Source: Isurus oxyrinchus
Lineage: Eukaryota
DNA length: 64,000 nt
Reading direction: 5' to 3'
Assembly: GCA_026770705.1 (NCBI GenBank)
Contig: JANJGN010000026.1
Location: 38,626,001-38,690,000, forward strand
Made by a program: the position numbers and the translations under genes. Of the stretch, positions 11,520-22,410 are shown piece after piece (the first letter of the stretch is position 1; every line of letters begins with the position of its first letter). A model generated the notes under the pieces. That model saw nothing but the letters and a program-made list of their open reading frames with translations. It was not told the origin of the DNA and did not search any database.

Positions 11520-11990
11520 TGGTTGTCTAAACAATTTCCCTTTCAGTTCTCTCTGCTGAGAAGGTGGAGACACATCGCGTTAACCAATGACCTTCCTCTT
11601 CTTTTTGTTTAGCAAGCGGAGGTAAGATTGGCTTAAAATTTTCCTTTCAGTTTTCTCTGTTGGGGAAGTGGAGGTACAGCGGATTATCAATTTCCCTTCC
11701 CCTCTCTCCGTTGGGAAAGTGGGATACAGTGGCTAAACAATTCCCCCCCCCCCCCCCACCCACTGTTGTGGAAGTGGACGTGAAGTTAGTTAACAATGTC
11801 CCCTTCCTCTCTCTCTGTTGGGGAAGTGGGGGTAAAGTAGGTTAACAATTTCCCTTCCCCTCCCTCTGTTGGGGAAGTGGGGTACAGTGGGTTAACAACT
11901 TCCCTCCCCCATCTCTCTGTTGGGCAAGAGCGAGTACAGTGGGTTAACAATTACCCTCCCCCCCTCCCTGATGGGGGATTGTTGGGACAT
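11520..11990. repeat. ~50-60 bp degenerate tandem repeat (TTAACAATTTCCCTTCCC...CTGTTGGGGAAGTGGGGTACAGTGGG)
   Basis: About 8 visible copies between CH4 and TM1. Confidence 0.85.
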
Positions 11991-12373
11991 GTTTCTGTGT
12001 GACTCTACTTCAGTTCCCAGTGGGTGTGGTGCAGCAGTTTAAAGCTGACATCCATTTTAAAGGGATGGACGACAAGAGAAGCAGGAACACCCAGATCTTA
12101 ATGTGCTGTGTTTGTTTGTCTAAAATGGGAATTGTCAGATTTCTCCTCAGTGGGAGGAGAGCTGGTGAAGTTATTTTGCAGAATCCCTTAATGAATGAGC
12201 TTTACTCTCTCTCTAACCCTGGGTGTATCTGAGCTGCAAGCACTGGGTGTACAAGACTTGGGTGTGAGCCCTGTAAATATTCGATTTTAACTAAACAGGC
12301 CTAACATCAGCAAAAGTGGAAAACAACATTGATTATACAATTGTGTATTTAAATCACGATTGGAGAAAAGGAC

Positions 12374-12390
12374 TTTATTATTTGTTTATT
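12374..12390 (-). terminator. Poly(A) signals for secreted mu mRNA
   Basis: Two AATAAA on the minus strand (12385-12390, 12374-12379), 30-45 nt after the tailpiece stop. Confidence 0.8.
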
Positions 12391-12417
12391 GAGGTTTGAA
12401 ATTTAACCGAGAAATTC

Positions 12418-12809
12418 TCATTGACATGAATTAACGGTGTCCATCAGTGCAAGGGAAATGTTCACAAAACTCGGTTTACCGCTGGATTTATCAACAGTTC
12501 TGTTGATGATCTTCAAGGGGATCGCTTCATGTCCCACCACACAGGAGTAAGAAGCTCCGCTGGCCCACTCCTCTGCTGCAATGGATAACAGGCTGTACAT
12601 GAAGAAGGAGCGATTGCCGTTCTCCGCCACTACCTCGGTGTTCTTGTAGTTTCTGGGATCCACCGGCTTGTCATTGACGGTCCACTTGACGAAAATCTCT
12701 CGTGGGGAGAAACCTCTCACTAAGCAGCTGAGGGAGACAAATCTCTGAGCGGAGACATCTTCTGCCGAGGGCAGGAGGACAGACACGGACGGTTCCCGCG
12801 GGTCTTTAA
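12418..12809 (-). CDS. IGHM: IgM CH4 exon with secretory tailpiece (tail 12418-12479; internal donor at 12480/12479 for the membrane form)
   Basis: [43 protein letters not shown]...[23 protein letters not shown] then [20 protein letters not shown]. The tailpiece has an N-glycan site (NIS) and penultimate Cys, typical of mu chains. Confidence 0.98.
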
Positions 12810-12949
12810 CTGCAGAAAATGTACAATAAATGTCAACAAACTGGATACTTTCGTAGATAATGAAACTGCTGGTTAGATGTGAGAGAAACGTGTTTTGTGA
12901 TGAATATTAAGGTTTTTCATTATCCACTTCTTGGAAATATATCACCGAT

Positions 12950-13390
12950 CCTTCACTATAACTGAATCAAAATCCTGGGACTCCCTTCCTAACAGCACTG
13001 TGGGTGTATCTACACCACATGGACTGCAGCGGTTCAAGAAGGCAGCTCACCACCACCTTGTCAAGGGCAATTAGGGATGGGCAATAACTCTGGCCCAGCC
13101 AGCGACGCCCACATCCCATGAATTAATAAATAAAATACTTTGGGATCTGTCCGGCTTTCCAGCTCGGAGCAGAGGTGGCACAATCCTTTTCATGGAGAAC
13201 TTATGGGGTTGGATGAGAAAGTTTCTCAAAGTTTACAGCACAGAAACAGGCCATTCTGCCCAACTGGTCTATGTTGGTGTTACAGCTTCGCACCAGGATC
13301 CTCCCATCTTGCTTCATCTAAACCCAATGGCACAACCTTCAATTCATCGTTCATTCATCTACTTATCAATTTCCCTTTGAAAGTCCACAT
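12950..13390. mobile_element. LINE/SINE 3'-end fragments in the CH3-CH4 intron
   Basis: Plus-strand tail gggcaattagggatgggcaataa...gccagcgacgcccacatcccatg (12950-13137) and a minus-strand CR1 3' end (~13215-13390). Confidence 0.75.
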
Positions 13391-13523
13391 GCCCAGGGCG
13401 TTTAGTTGGCGAAATTGCTCATCAGAGTAGACCATGAGTACACTGAATAGTAAATATTGATCCTTACACTTACACTGGAAATAGATTCATTGAACCACTT
13501 ATTGCTTCAATCTCACCGCTCAC

Positions 13524-13835
13524 CTTGTTCCTTGTGGATGGAACTCCTTAAAGGAGTTGGCAGATCCTGATGGCTCACCACGCAGTAGAACTCAGCCCCA
13601 CTCAGCCAGGCTTGTGTCGAGATGTTTACGTTGCTGACCACGCTGTCGGGATCTTCTCCCGGTTGGATGGCGATCTCTGATTTCAAAGGCTTCTTCTCTT
13701 GTGTCCAGGACACGAGGACTCCATAAGGAGCATTAGAAATGATGCAGGTTAAGGTCACGGTCGCCTCCAGTAAGACCTGTTCAATTGGCGGTGGCAATAG
13801 AGTAATTGTGGGATCGTTGTGGCAGTGGTGATCAC
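13524..13835 (-). CDS. IGHM: IgM CH3 exon
   Basis: [44 protein letters not shown]...[28 protein letters not shown], with a cacag acceptor and GTGAG donor. Confidence 0.97.
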
Positions 13836-14456
13836 CTGTGAGACAGAAATTAATATCAACCAAAGTTTCACCTTCAGAATGAGGACAGCAGTGTTCAGTC
13901 TTCATTCTCTAAAGGAGAATAAATCACCTTGGACATATTAACCTCTAACTATCGTCTTAAATCTTCTTTACACAATGGAAAACCAGTTTGGTCTGTGTAA
14001 ATCGTTCTCATAATTTAAGACGTTTAGCCCCGGTAACATTCTGATGAATCTGCGTTGCCCCAGTCCCAATACAAATATATTATTGCTGGGCCCTGGAACG
14101 CAGTACTGAAAGCTGTTTTATAAATAGGGTGGATGCACTTTCCAACACTCTATCTTGAAGCTGTTACCAGTGAAGGGTTCCAGACACCTGCCTCTCCAAA
14201 TATGATCAGCTGACTCAGGGTAAAGCTGATGTCAAGTCCACCTCACTCACTCTGTGACGTCAATGCAGAGACGTGATGTGATAAAATCCTGAATGGTGAA
14301 CAAACCGAATGCAGCTATTACATCGGAATTAAATACCGACTACATGATAGTAAATTGGAAGTTGTTCCGTGCTTTCTACTAACACCAATAAATTCCTCAT
14401 TTGATTAACATCAGAGAACAGAATGATCTATTGCTTCCTCGGTTTGTATTTCTTAC

Positions 14457-14771
14457 CCTCACACTTGGTGGCGTTTCGACTTCGGGTGACCCCTTGGTGA
14501 GTGACCTGACAGGTATAGACCGCGTCGGTGAACCATTCCCCAGCGGAGACTTTCAGCTGACTGGTCGCCGAGAAGTTCCCATTCACTTCAAAGGCGGGAG
14601 AGGTGACAATTCCTGAATCCATGGATTGTCCATTCTTCAGCCACTTCACGGTGATTGGCTTCGGACGGAAATCGATGATTGAACAGACGGCGATTGCAAA
14701 TTTGTTGGTTGTGATTTCTTCCCGGGAACTCACGGTGAGGAGAACAGTTGGAGAGAAGATGTCAGGAGGAC
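14457..14771 (-). CDS. IGHM: IgM CH2 exon
   Basis: Phase-1 exon [19 protein letters not shown]...[21 protein letters not shown]...[27 protein letters not shown], ending at a GTAAG donor. Confidence 0.96.
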
Positions 14772-14983
14772 CTTCAAAAAATACAGGTTAAACATTTCTT
14801 GCAGAATAAATTGATAACAGATACAATTAATTCCTACATTTTTATAGGTTCTTTTCCGTTAATAGACACTAACCGAGAATTTGCAGGGAGCAAATCTATG
14901 CAAAGCACTATAAATGTATTATAACCAAGGCCCTATACAGGTCATTCCCAGCCTCTGTTTCTCACAGGTTCCCCAACACTTAC

Positions 14984-15283
14984 AATGCATTTCAATGCTC
15001 TTGTCTGAGCCACTGTGTCGAACCTCACACTTGATTTTGCTGCATTCCCCCTCTGACTCGGTGATGGTTAACTGGCTGCTCAGGGTGTAGGTTCCCTTCT
15101 GGTTTCTCACTGACGGGTAAGTCTTAAATCCAGTGGGGATCTGCTGCCCATCTTTCTTCCAGGTCAAGCTGGTGATTTCTGGGGAGTAATCCATCGCCAA
15201 ACAGCCGTAGGTGACGGAGCCATCGGTGTTGTGTTGCTGACAGGAGGAGACCAGGCTGTAGAGAGTGGGCGAAGACGGTGTCA
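14984..15283 (-). CDS. IGHM: IgM CH1 exon
   Basis: AG/GT-bounded 300-nt exon: [46 protein letters not shown]...YTLSSQLTI...[16 protein letters not shown]1-set motifs plus the N-terminal Cys expected for light-chain linkage. Confidence 0.96.
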
Positions 15284-15834
15284 CTGGGAAAGAATGGCCG
15301 ATTGAACAAGTTAGACTCTGTGATTTGTGATCATTAAGTAACCATACAACTCAAAAATTGACAATAACTATAAATATATCCTAATCTATTCCAACTAAAA
15401 CCCACATCCACATTTGATCATTTATTATTTCCATCATTTGGTGACCCTCACTTGTCGGTTCCCTCTTTAGAAACCCACACTTGTTTTCCCGCCTGTATCC
15501 CATTACTAAAAGAGAACATTTTGGGTCATCTGAATGACGTACCTTTCATTGGATTAAAACGGAAGAGCAGAGCATCTTCCCCATTATTTCACCACCATTT
15601 ATTTCTCAATCAACAGCACTTAGTGAGAGAGAAATTCTCTCGTCATTTATATCATTGCAGTTTTGGAAATTAGCTCTGTTCAAATTGACTGATGCCCCCT
15701 CCCCTCTCCACGTCCTCCCAAAACAAAGAATATCAACGGCCCTTCGAAAGTACCTTTGTAATGGTAACTATATAATGACCATAGAACTCTAAACTGAATA
15801 CCAGTTACAGTAAGTACGACAGTTTCCAATTGTA

Positions 15835-17240
15835 TGTACATGTGAACATGTGGATCAGTAGCAGGAGTAGACCATTTGGCCTCTGGGGCCTCCTCCACCA
15901 TTCACTCCGGTCATAGCTGATATTATTGTGACGTTAACTCCACGTTCCCGCCTAATCTCCGCTAACCTTTGACTCCCTTGTCAATGAAGAATCTCTCTAC
16001 CTCTGCCTTGAAATTTTAATGACTCCTCCTCCATCGATCTCTGGGGAAGAGAGTTCCAAAGTTTCATGACTCTTTGAGAGAAAAATAAAATCCCCTCATT
16101 TCTGTCTGAAATGGGAGACCTCTTATTTTTAAACCGTGTTCCCTATCGTTAGTCTGTCTCACAAGGGGAAACATCCTTTCAGCATCCACCCTGTTAATTT
16201 CCCTCAGGATTTTACATGTTTCAATAAAATCAGCTCTTATTCTTCTAAACTCCAATGGATACAGGCCCAGCCTATCCAAGTTTCCACATAAGATAACCGA
16301 CGACACCTCCCAGTATCATTTGAATTAACATTCTCTGAACAACTTCTAATGCTCTTACACCCTTTCTTAAATGAGACCAAATCTGTACACAGTAATTCAG
16401 AAGAGGTCTCATCGACACTCTGTTAAACTGTAACAAAATATCCTTCCATTTATATTCTATTCCCCTTATAATAAATGCCAACACTCCCTTTGCCTTCCTC
16501 ATCACTAGCTGTTCCTGTATTATAACTTTTTGTGATTCATACACCAAGGGATCCACATTCCTCTGTACCTCAGGGTTCTGCAGTCTCTCTTCCTTTCAAT
16601 AATATGCTGCTTTTATATTCTTCCTGCCAAAGTGGACAAGTTTATATTTTCCCACATTATACTCCATCTGTCATTTTTTGCCCACTCACTTAACCTATTG
16701 ATATCCCTTTGCTGACCCTTTATCCTCTCTTCACCATTTACTTTCCTATCTGTCTTTGTGTCATCAGCAAATTTAGCAAATTCATTCAGTCCTTTCATTC
16801 AAGTCATTGATATAAATTGTAAATAGTTGAGGCTGCGGCAATGATCCCTGTGGAACTCCATTTGTCACATCTTGCCAACCTAAAATAACCAATTTATCCC
16901 TGCTCTTTGTTTCCTGTTAGCTAACCAAACTTCTACCCATGCTGAAATGTTACTGCTGATACCATTATTTTGTGCAGTAACCTTTGATGTGCCACTTTGT
17001 CAAATGCCTTCTGGTAGCCCAAGGGCAGCACACCCACAGGTTCTCCTTTATTCATGTTCCTTGTTACTTCCTCGAAGGACCTCAAATAAGTCAGCCAAAC
17101 ATGATTTCCCTTTCACAAAATCATGACGGGTTTGCATAATTGCATTTGAATTTTCTAAGTGACCCGTGATAGATTCCTGAATAATCGATTCCAGCATTTT
17201 CGCTCGGACAGATGTTAAGCTAACTGGCCTGCAGATGAGA
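15835..17240 (-). mobile_element. CR1-like LINE fragment in the J-C intron
   Basis: FAKFADDTK, RPLLNYCVQIWS, EFRRIRADFIETCKIL; frameshifted. Confidence 0.92.
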
Positions 17241-17269
17241 GCCTTTCCCCGGGAACGGAAAGGATTTCA

Positions 17270-18860
17270 GGAGGGGGAGAGACAATGAGGGAGAGATAGA
17301 GAGAGAGTAAGAGAGAGTGGAGCCCAGGGTATCTGGTGCCTCCACTCGCAACTGCTTTTGCCCAGCTCTCCCCACTATAGACTGGCTCTCAGCCCTTCCC
17401 CCACCCTCCGCCTCTCTGTTCTTTCCCCTCCACCTCTCTGCCCTTTCTCCCCCGCCTCTCTGCCCTTCCTCCCCAAGCTCTCTGCCCTTTGTCCTCAGCT
17501 CTCTGCACTTACTCCACGGCTCTATTCGCTTTTGCCCAGCTCTCTGACCCATTCCATTGGCTCACTGACCTGTCCCCTGGCTCGCTGACCTTTCCCCCTC
17601 AGCCCTTTTCCGCCTTCCACCTCTCTGTCCGCTCCCCCCTCTGCCTCTCCGCTCTCCCGCCTCCCTGCCCTTTCCGCCACCCATCTCTCTGCCCTTTCCC
17701 CCTACTGCATCTCTGCCCTTACCCCCTGCCTCTCTGCCCTTATCCCCCGCCTCTCTGCCCTTTCCCCAGCTCACTGTCCTTCCCATCGACTCTCTGCCCT
17801 TTCCGTCACCTCTCTGCCCTTCCCTCTCTGCCGCTCCACTCTTACCCCCCGCCTCTATGCCCTTTCCCCCTCCGACTCTCTGCCCACCCTCCTCTCTGTC
17901 CTTCCCCCCTCTGCCTCTCTGCTCTGCCTTCTCCCTGCACCTGCCCCCTCCCGCCTCTCTACCCTGTCCCCCACCCGCCTCTCTGTCCTTTCCCCCAGCC
18001 AGCTCTCTGCCCTTCCCCCTCCCACCTCTCAGCCCTTTCTCCATCCCGCCTCTCTGCCCTTACCCCCCACCTCTCTGCCTTTACCCCCTCTCCTCTCTGC
18101 CCTTTCCCCCTCTTCCTCTCTAACCACCCTCCTCTCTGTCCTTCCCCCTCTGCCTCTCTACCCTGCCTCCTCTATGCCCTTTCCCCCTCCTGCCTCTCTG
18201 CCCTTTCCCCTACCAGCCTCTCTGCCGTTACCCCCCCACCTCTCTGCCCTTCCCCCCCGCCTCTCTGCCCTTTTCCCCACTCACCTCTTGGTCCTTTCCC
18301 CCTACCGCCTTTCTGCCCTCCCTCCTCTCTACCCTGTCCCTCTCCCGCCTCTCTGCCCTGTCCCTCACCCGCCTCTCTGCCCTTTCCCCCCGCCTCTCTG
18401 CCCTTTGTCCCTCCCTCTTCTCTGCCTTTTCCCCCTCCCGCCTCTCTGCCCTTTCCCCCCGCCTCTCTGCCCTTTCCACCACCCACCTTCCTGCCCGTTC
18501 CACCTGCCACCTCTCTGCCATTTCCCCTCGCATCTCTGCCCATACCATCTCCCGCTTCTCTGCCCGGTCACTGCCCTTCCCCACCCCCCACCTCTCTGTC
18601 CTTTCACTGGCTTGCTGACCTTTGCCCCATCCCAATGCATTTTCTGCTGGATCCCTGCCCTTTTCCCGGACTCTCTACCCTTCACCCGCAACCCTCCCCG
18701 GCTCTCTGCCATTTCCCCCACCTCCCTGCCCTTTCCTCCAGGCTCTCTGTGCTTTCCAACGAAGCTCGTCGCTCCCTTCACCCATGCTCCACTTTCTGGC
18801 ACTACTAGGCCTCAGGCCCCGCATGCAGGTCTCTCTTTCCCGCAGTTCCCGCCCTCCCAC
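17270..18860. repeat. Pyrimidine-rich (plus) / G-rich (Ig sense) degenerate tandem repeat, unit ~21-23 bp CCGCCTCTCTGCCCTTTCCCC
   Basis: Directly visible repeated units with extreme strand asymmetry. Confidence 0.95.
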
Positions 18861-18877
18861 ACACCAATTTATGAAAA

Positions 18878-19582
18878 GTGATTGAGTGAGTGAGCGCGTG
18901 CATGATTGACAAAGTGAGGGTGGCTGAGTGACAGAGCAAGGGTGGGTGTCTGAGTGAGTGAGGGTGCATGGGTGAGTGAAGGTGTGAGTGAGGGTGGTGG
19001 TGAGTGGGCGTGGGTAGGTGTCTGAATGTGGGTGAGTGAGAGTGGATGAGTGAGTGTGAGGGTGGGTGATTGAATGAGAGTAGCTGAGTGGCTGAGTGAG
19101 GGTTGGTGGATATGTGAGGGTGGGTATGTGAGTGAGGGTGAGTGGGTGTGTGAGGGTGGGTGGATGAGATATTGAGTGTCAGTGAAGGTAGGTGAGTGAG
19201 GACGGGAGGGTGAGTGAGGATGAGTGAGTGAGGGTGAGTGAGTGAAGGTTAAAGTAATTGATGGTGAGTGAATGAGGGTGTGTGAAGCTGGGTGAGTGGG
19301 TGAGGGTGAGTGAGGGTGGGTGAAGGAGTGAGATTGAGTGACGGTGAGTGAATGAGTGTGGGTGAGTGAGGGTGATTGAGTGAGTGTGAGTGAGGGTGAG
19401 TGAGTGATGAGTGAGTGAGGGTGGGTGAGTGAGGGTGATTGAGTGAGTGTGAGTGAGGGTGAGTGAGTGATGAGTGTGAGTGAGGGTGAGTGAGGGTGAG
19501 TGAGGGTGATTGAGTGAGTGTGAGTGAGTGTGAGTGAGGGTGAGTGAGTGAGTGAGGTGAGGGTGAGTGATTGTGGGTAGTG
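18878..19582. repeat. (GAGT/GAGGGT)n degenerate simple repeat
   Basis: Runs of gagtgagtgagggtgagt. Confidence 0.95.
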
Positions 19583-19770
19583 AGGGTGCCCAGGTGCTGC
19601 AGGCTCATCAAGGCGATGTTTCTCCAGATGATTTTCTGCTCAGGCTCAGCTTTCCATTGCCTGTTGTCCACAGCCGAGCTGGGGGCTCCTCCATTCGGCT
19701 CCACCACCTCCACCTCCTCCTCTTCCTCTCCATCGATCCTGTCCTGGTTCTCTGTGTTGATGAGCTTTCA
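19582..19770 (-). pseudogene. SCD: Stearoyl-CoA desaturase (SCD/SCD5-like) N-terminal exon fragment
   Basis: Reads *KLINTENQDRIDGEEEEEVEVVEPNGGAPSSAVDNRQWKAEPEQKIIWRNIALMSLQHLGTL. IIWRNIALMSLQHLGTL matches the SCD first-TM motif (VWRNIILMSLLHLGAL). No ATG; truncated by a simple repeat. Confidence 0.78.
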
Positions 19771-20161
19771 GTAACACTGGCTGTGTAAAGTCAGGCAGCA
19801 GTGTAGATCACTGGCCAGCTGCTTTAATGCCGATGCCTTTCTTTAAGAAACCCGTGTCAGTGCGCGAATAGGCAGACTGAGGGGGCTGGAGGGGAAGGTT
19901 ACAGCAAAACCAGGAAGGGCCGTGCAGGCATCTTGCACCAAGTGTGCACCAGTATTGGGGATCCAGGCGGCCGTGGTCTCAGTCACATCCTCCACTTTTC
20001 TTGTTTCTTTGTGTTTGGTTCAACACTTGGAAATTCTCCACATATATAGTGATGTCACCTGTGTAATTTCATTTTACCCAAAAAGGCATCAGAAATGGAA
20101 CAATGAACATGCCTGCAGCTTAAAGGATCTTCTTTCTGAAATTAACATTTTCAGCCCACTT

Positions 20162-20329
20162 NNNNNNNNNNNNNNNNNNNNNNNNNNNNNNNNNNNNNNN
20201 NNNNNNNNNNNNNNNNNNNNNNNNNNNNNNNNNNNNNNNNNNNNNNNNNNNNNNNNNNNNNNNNNNNNNNNNNNNNNNNNNNNNNNNNNNNNNNNNNNNN
20301 NNNNNNNNNNNNNNNNNNNNNNNNNNNNT
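20162..20329. other. Assembly gap (168 N)
   Basis: Run of N. Confidence 1.
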
Positions 20330-20574
20330 AAGCGTGAGAGTGTTTGAGAGAGAGCACGTGTGTGTGAAAGAGAAAGTGAATGTGTTTGTGTTTGTGTGAG
20401 AGTGTGTGTGGGGGTGTGAGTGATATGTAGTATATGTAGTATAAGTACGTGAGAGAGAGTTTGTGTGAGAGAGAGAAAGAGTGTGTGAAAGAGAAAACCA
20501 GTGTGTGTGTCAGAGAGAGAGTGTGTGTGCGTGAGAGAGTGAAAGAATGAGAGCGAGTGCATGTGTGAGAGGAA

Positions 20575-20608
<34 letters not shown>

Positions 20609-21070
20609 GAATGTGAATGTGTTTCTGTGTGCGTCAGAGAGAGAGAATGAGGATGTGTGTGTGTGTGAGAGACAGTGTTATGTGTTTGTGTGTGACAGAG
20701 GGGGAGAATTGAAAGTATTTATGTGCGTGTGGCAGAGAGGGTGCATGTATGTGAGATATAGAGTGGGTGTGTGTAAAAGAGAGAGAGTGTGTGCATGTGT
20801 TTGTGTGAGAGAGAGAGAGAATGCATGTGTGAGAGTGCAGGTGTGAGAAAGAAAGAGTGCATGTATGTGTGTAGGAGATAGTGTGCACGTGTTAAAGGGA
20901 GTTTGTGTGGGAGAGAGTGAATGTGAGTGTGTGTGTGACAGAGAGAGAAAGAGTGTGTGTCTGTCAGAGAGAGTGCATGAGAGAATGTATGTGCACTGTG
21001 TGAGAGAGAGCGTGTGTGACAGAAAGAGTGAGCGAATGAGGGTGTGTGGTAAAGAGACTGAGTGTGTTGA
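20330..21070. repeat. (GA)/(GT)-rich degenerate microsatellite
   Basis: Mixed gaga/gtgt runs. Confidence 0.92.
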
Positions 21071-21829
21071 GGTAGATCAGCCACGATCTTGCTGAATGGG
21101 GGGCAGGATCGAAGGGTTGAATGTCCTCCTCATGCTCTCATTTCTGTAATTCATTCCTCTCCCGGCAGGAGGCAATCCAGTGGCTCAGTTTTTGATGGTG
21201 GCTCCTTTTCCCAAATCCCCCGCAGCTGGTTATTTGTAGCGGGAGTCTGGTATTTGTCCATTTCAATCGTTTAAATAACTCTGATCAGATCAGAACAGGC
21301 ACTGCTCTCTGGAGCCTCACTGTCACTCCCTGATTCTGTTTGTTCTGAAGTTGTGCTCAAGTTCAGGTCACTCACATTCAATGATTTTCTGATACTCAAA
21401 ATGCTTAAACATAATTAATTCATTAAAATTGTCTACATGTTCTCTGCAGAAATATTGTTAAAAACAGTTAACGTGTGTCATTTCAACCGAGCAATGGAAC
21501 AATTTATTTTCACAGATCTTGCTCGAAAACCCACGGCCAGTTAGTTCAGTGCTGATTCAGTTTGTTTGACCTCTGCAGGGAGAAGACTCCCAGGTCAAGA
21601 ACAGGACACGTTAAGATATGAATTAAATTCCCCACTCCTCCCCCAGTACACTCCTGTCATCAGCTGCAAGGGTGGGATTCAACAGAAAGCCAACTCTCCA
21701 CTGAATTGTCAAACACTCCGGGTCAGATACAGCACTGGTTTGACATAAAATAAAACTCTCTCTACATTGTTCCATCAAATATGCCCAGGAGAGGGTTCAA
21801 TCCGGTTTTCATATAAGTGCTGTGCTGCA

Positions 21830-22410
21830 GGAGCCGGTCAGAGGCTGGGAATTCTGTGGCAAGTAATTCAACTCTTATCGCCCAAAGAAAACTGACCATC
21901 TACAAGGCTCAAGTCAGGACTGGGATTGAATAGTTTCCGTTTGCTTCAATGTGTGAAACTTCAAAAAACCCCCAAGAAACTCCATACTATCCAGGACAAA
22001 GCAGCCCACAGAATTGGTACCTCATCCACTACCTTAAACATTCCCTCCTTCCCCCACCAATGCACAGTGACAGCAGTGTGTGCCATATACAAGATGCACT
22101 GCAGCAACTTGCCAAGACTCCTTCAAAACCCGCAACCTCTCCTAACTAGAAGGACAAGGGCAGCAGGTGCTTGAAACACCGCCACCTGTATGTTCCCCTC
22201 CAAGACACTGAACATCCTGACTTGGAACTATATCGCCGTTCTTTCACTGTCAGTGGGTCAAAATCCTGGAACTCCCGACCTAACAGCACTGTGAGTGAAC
22301 ATGCAGCTATTCAAGGAGGCGGCAGTTCAACACTTCTAAGGATGGGCAATTAGGATGAGCAACAAATGCTGGCCTTGCCAGCGACCCCAACATCCTATGA
22401 TAGGATTAAA
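21830..22410 (+). mobile_element. LINE (L2/CR1-clade) 3' fragment
   Basis: TIYKAQVR..., KLHTIQDKAA, AVCAIYKMHCSN and a tail shared with the SINEs. Confidence 0.75.

Noticed and set aside
17489-18808. 439-aa Pro/Leu/Cys-rich ORF and overlapping Gly/Arg-rich ORFs
   Set aside because: Translation of the C/T-rich tandem repeat, which lacks stop codons by composition.
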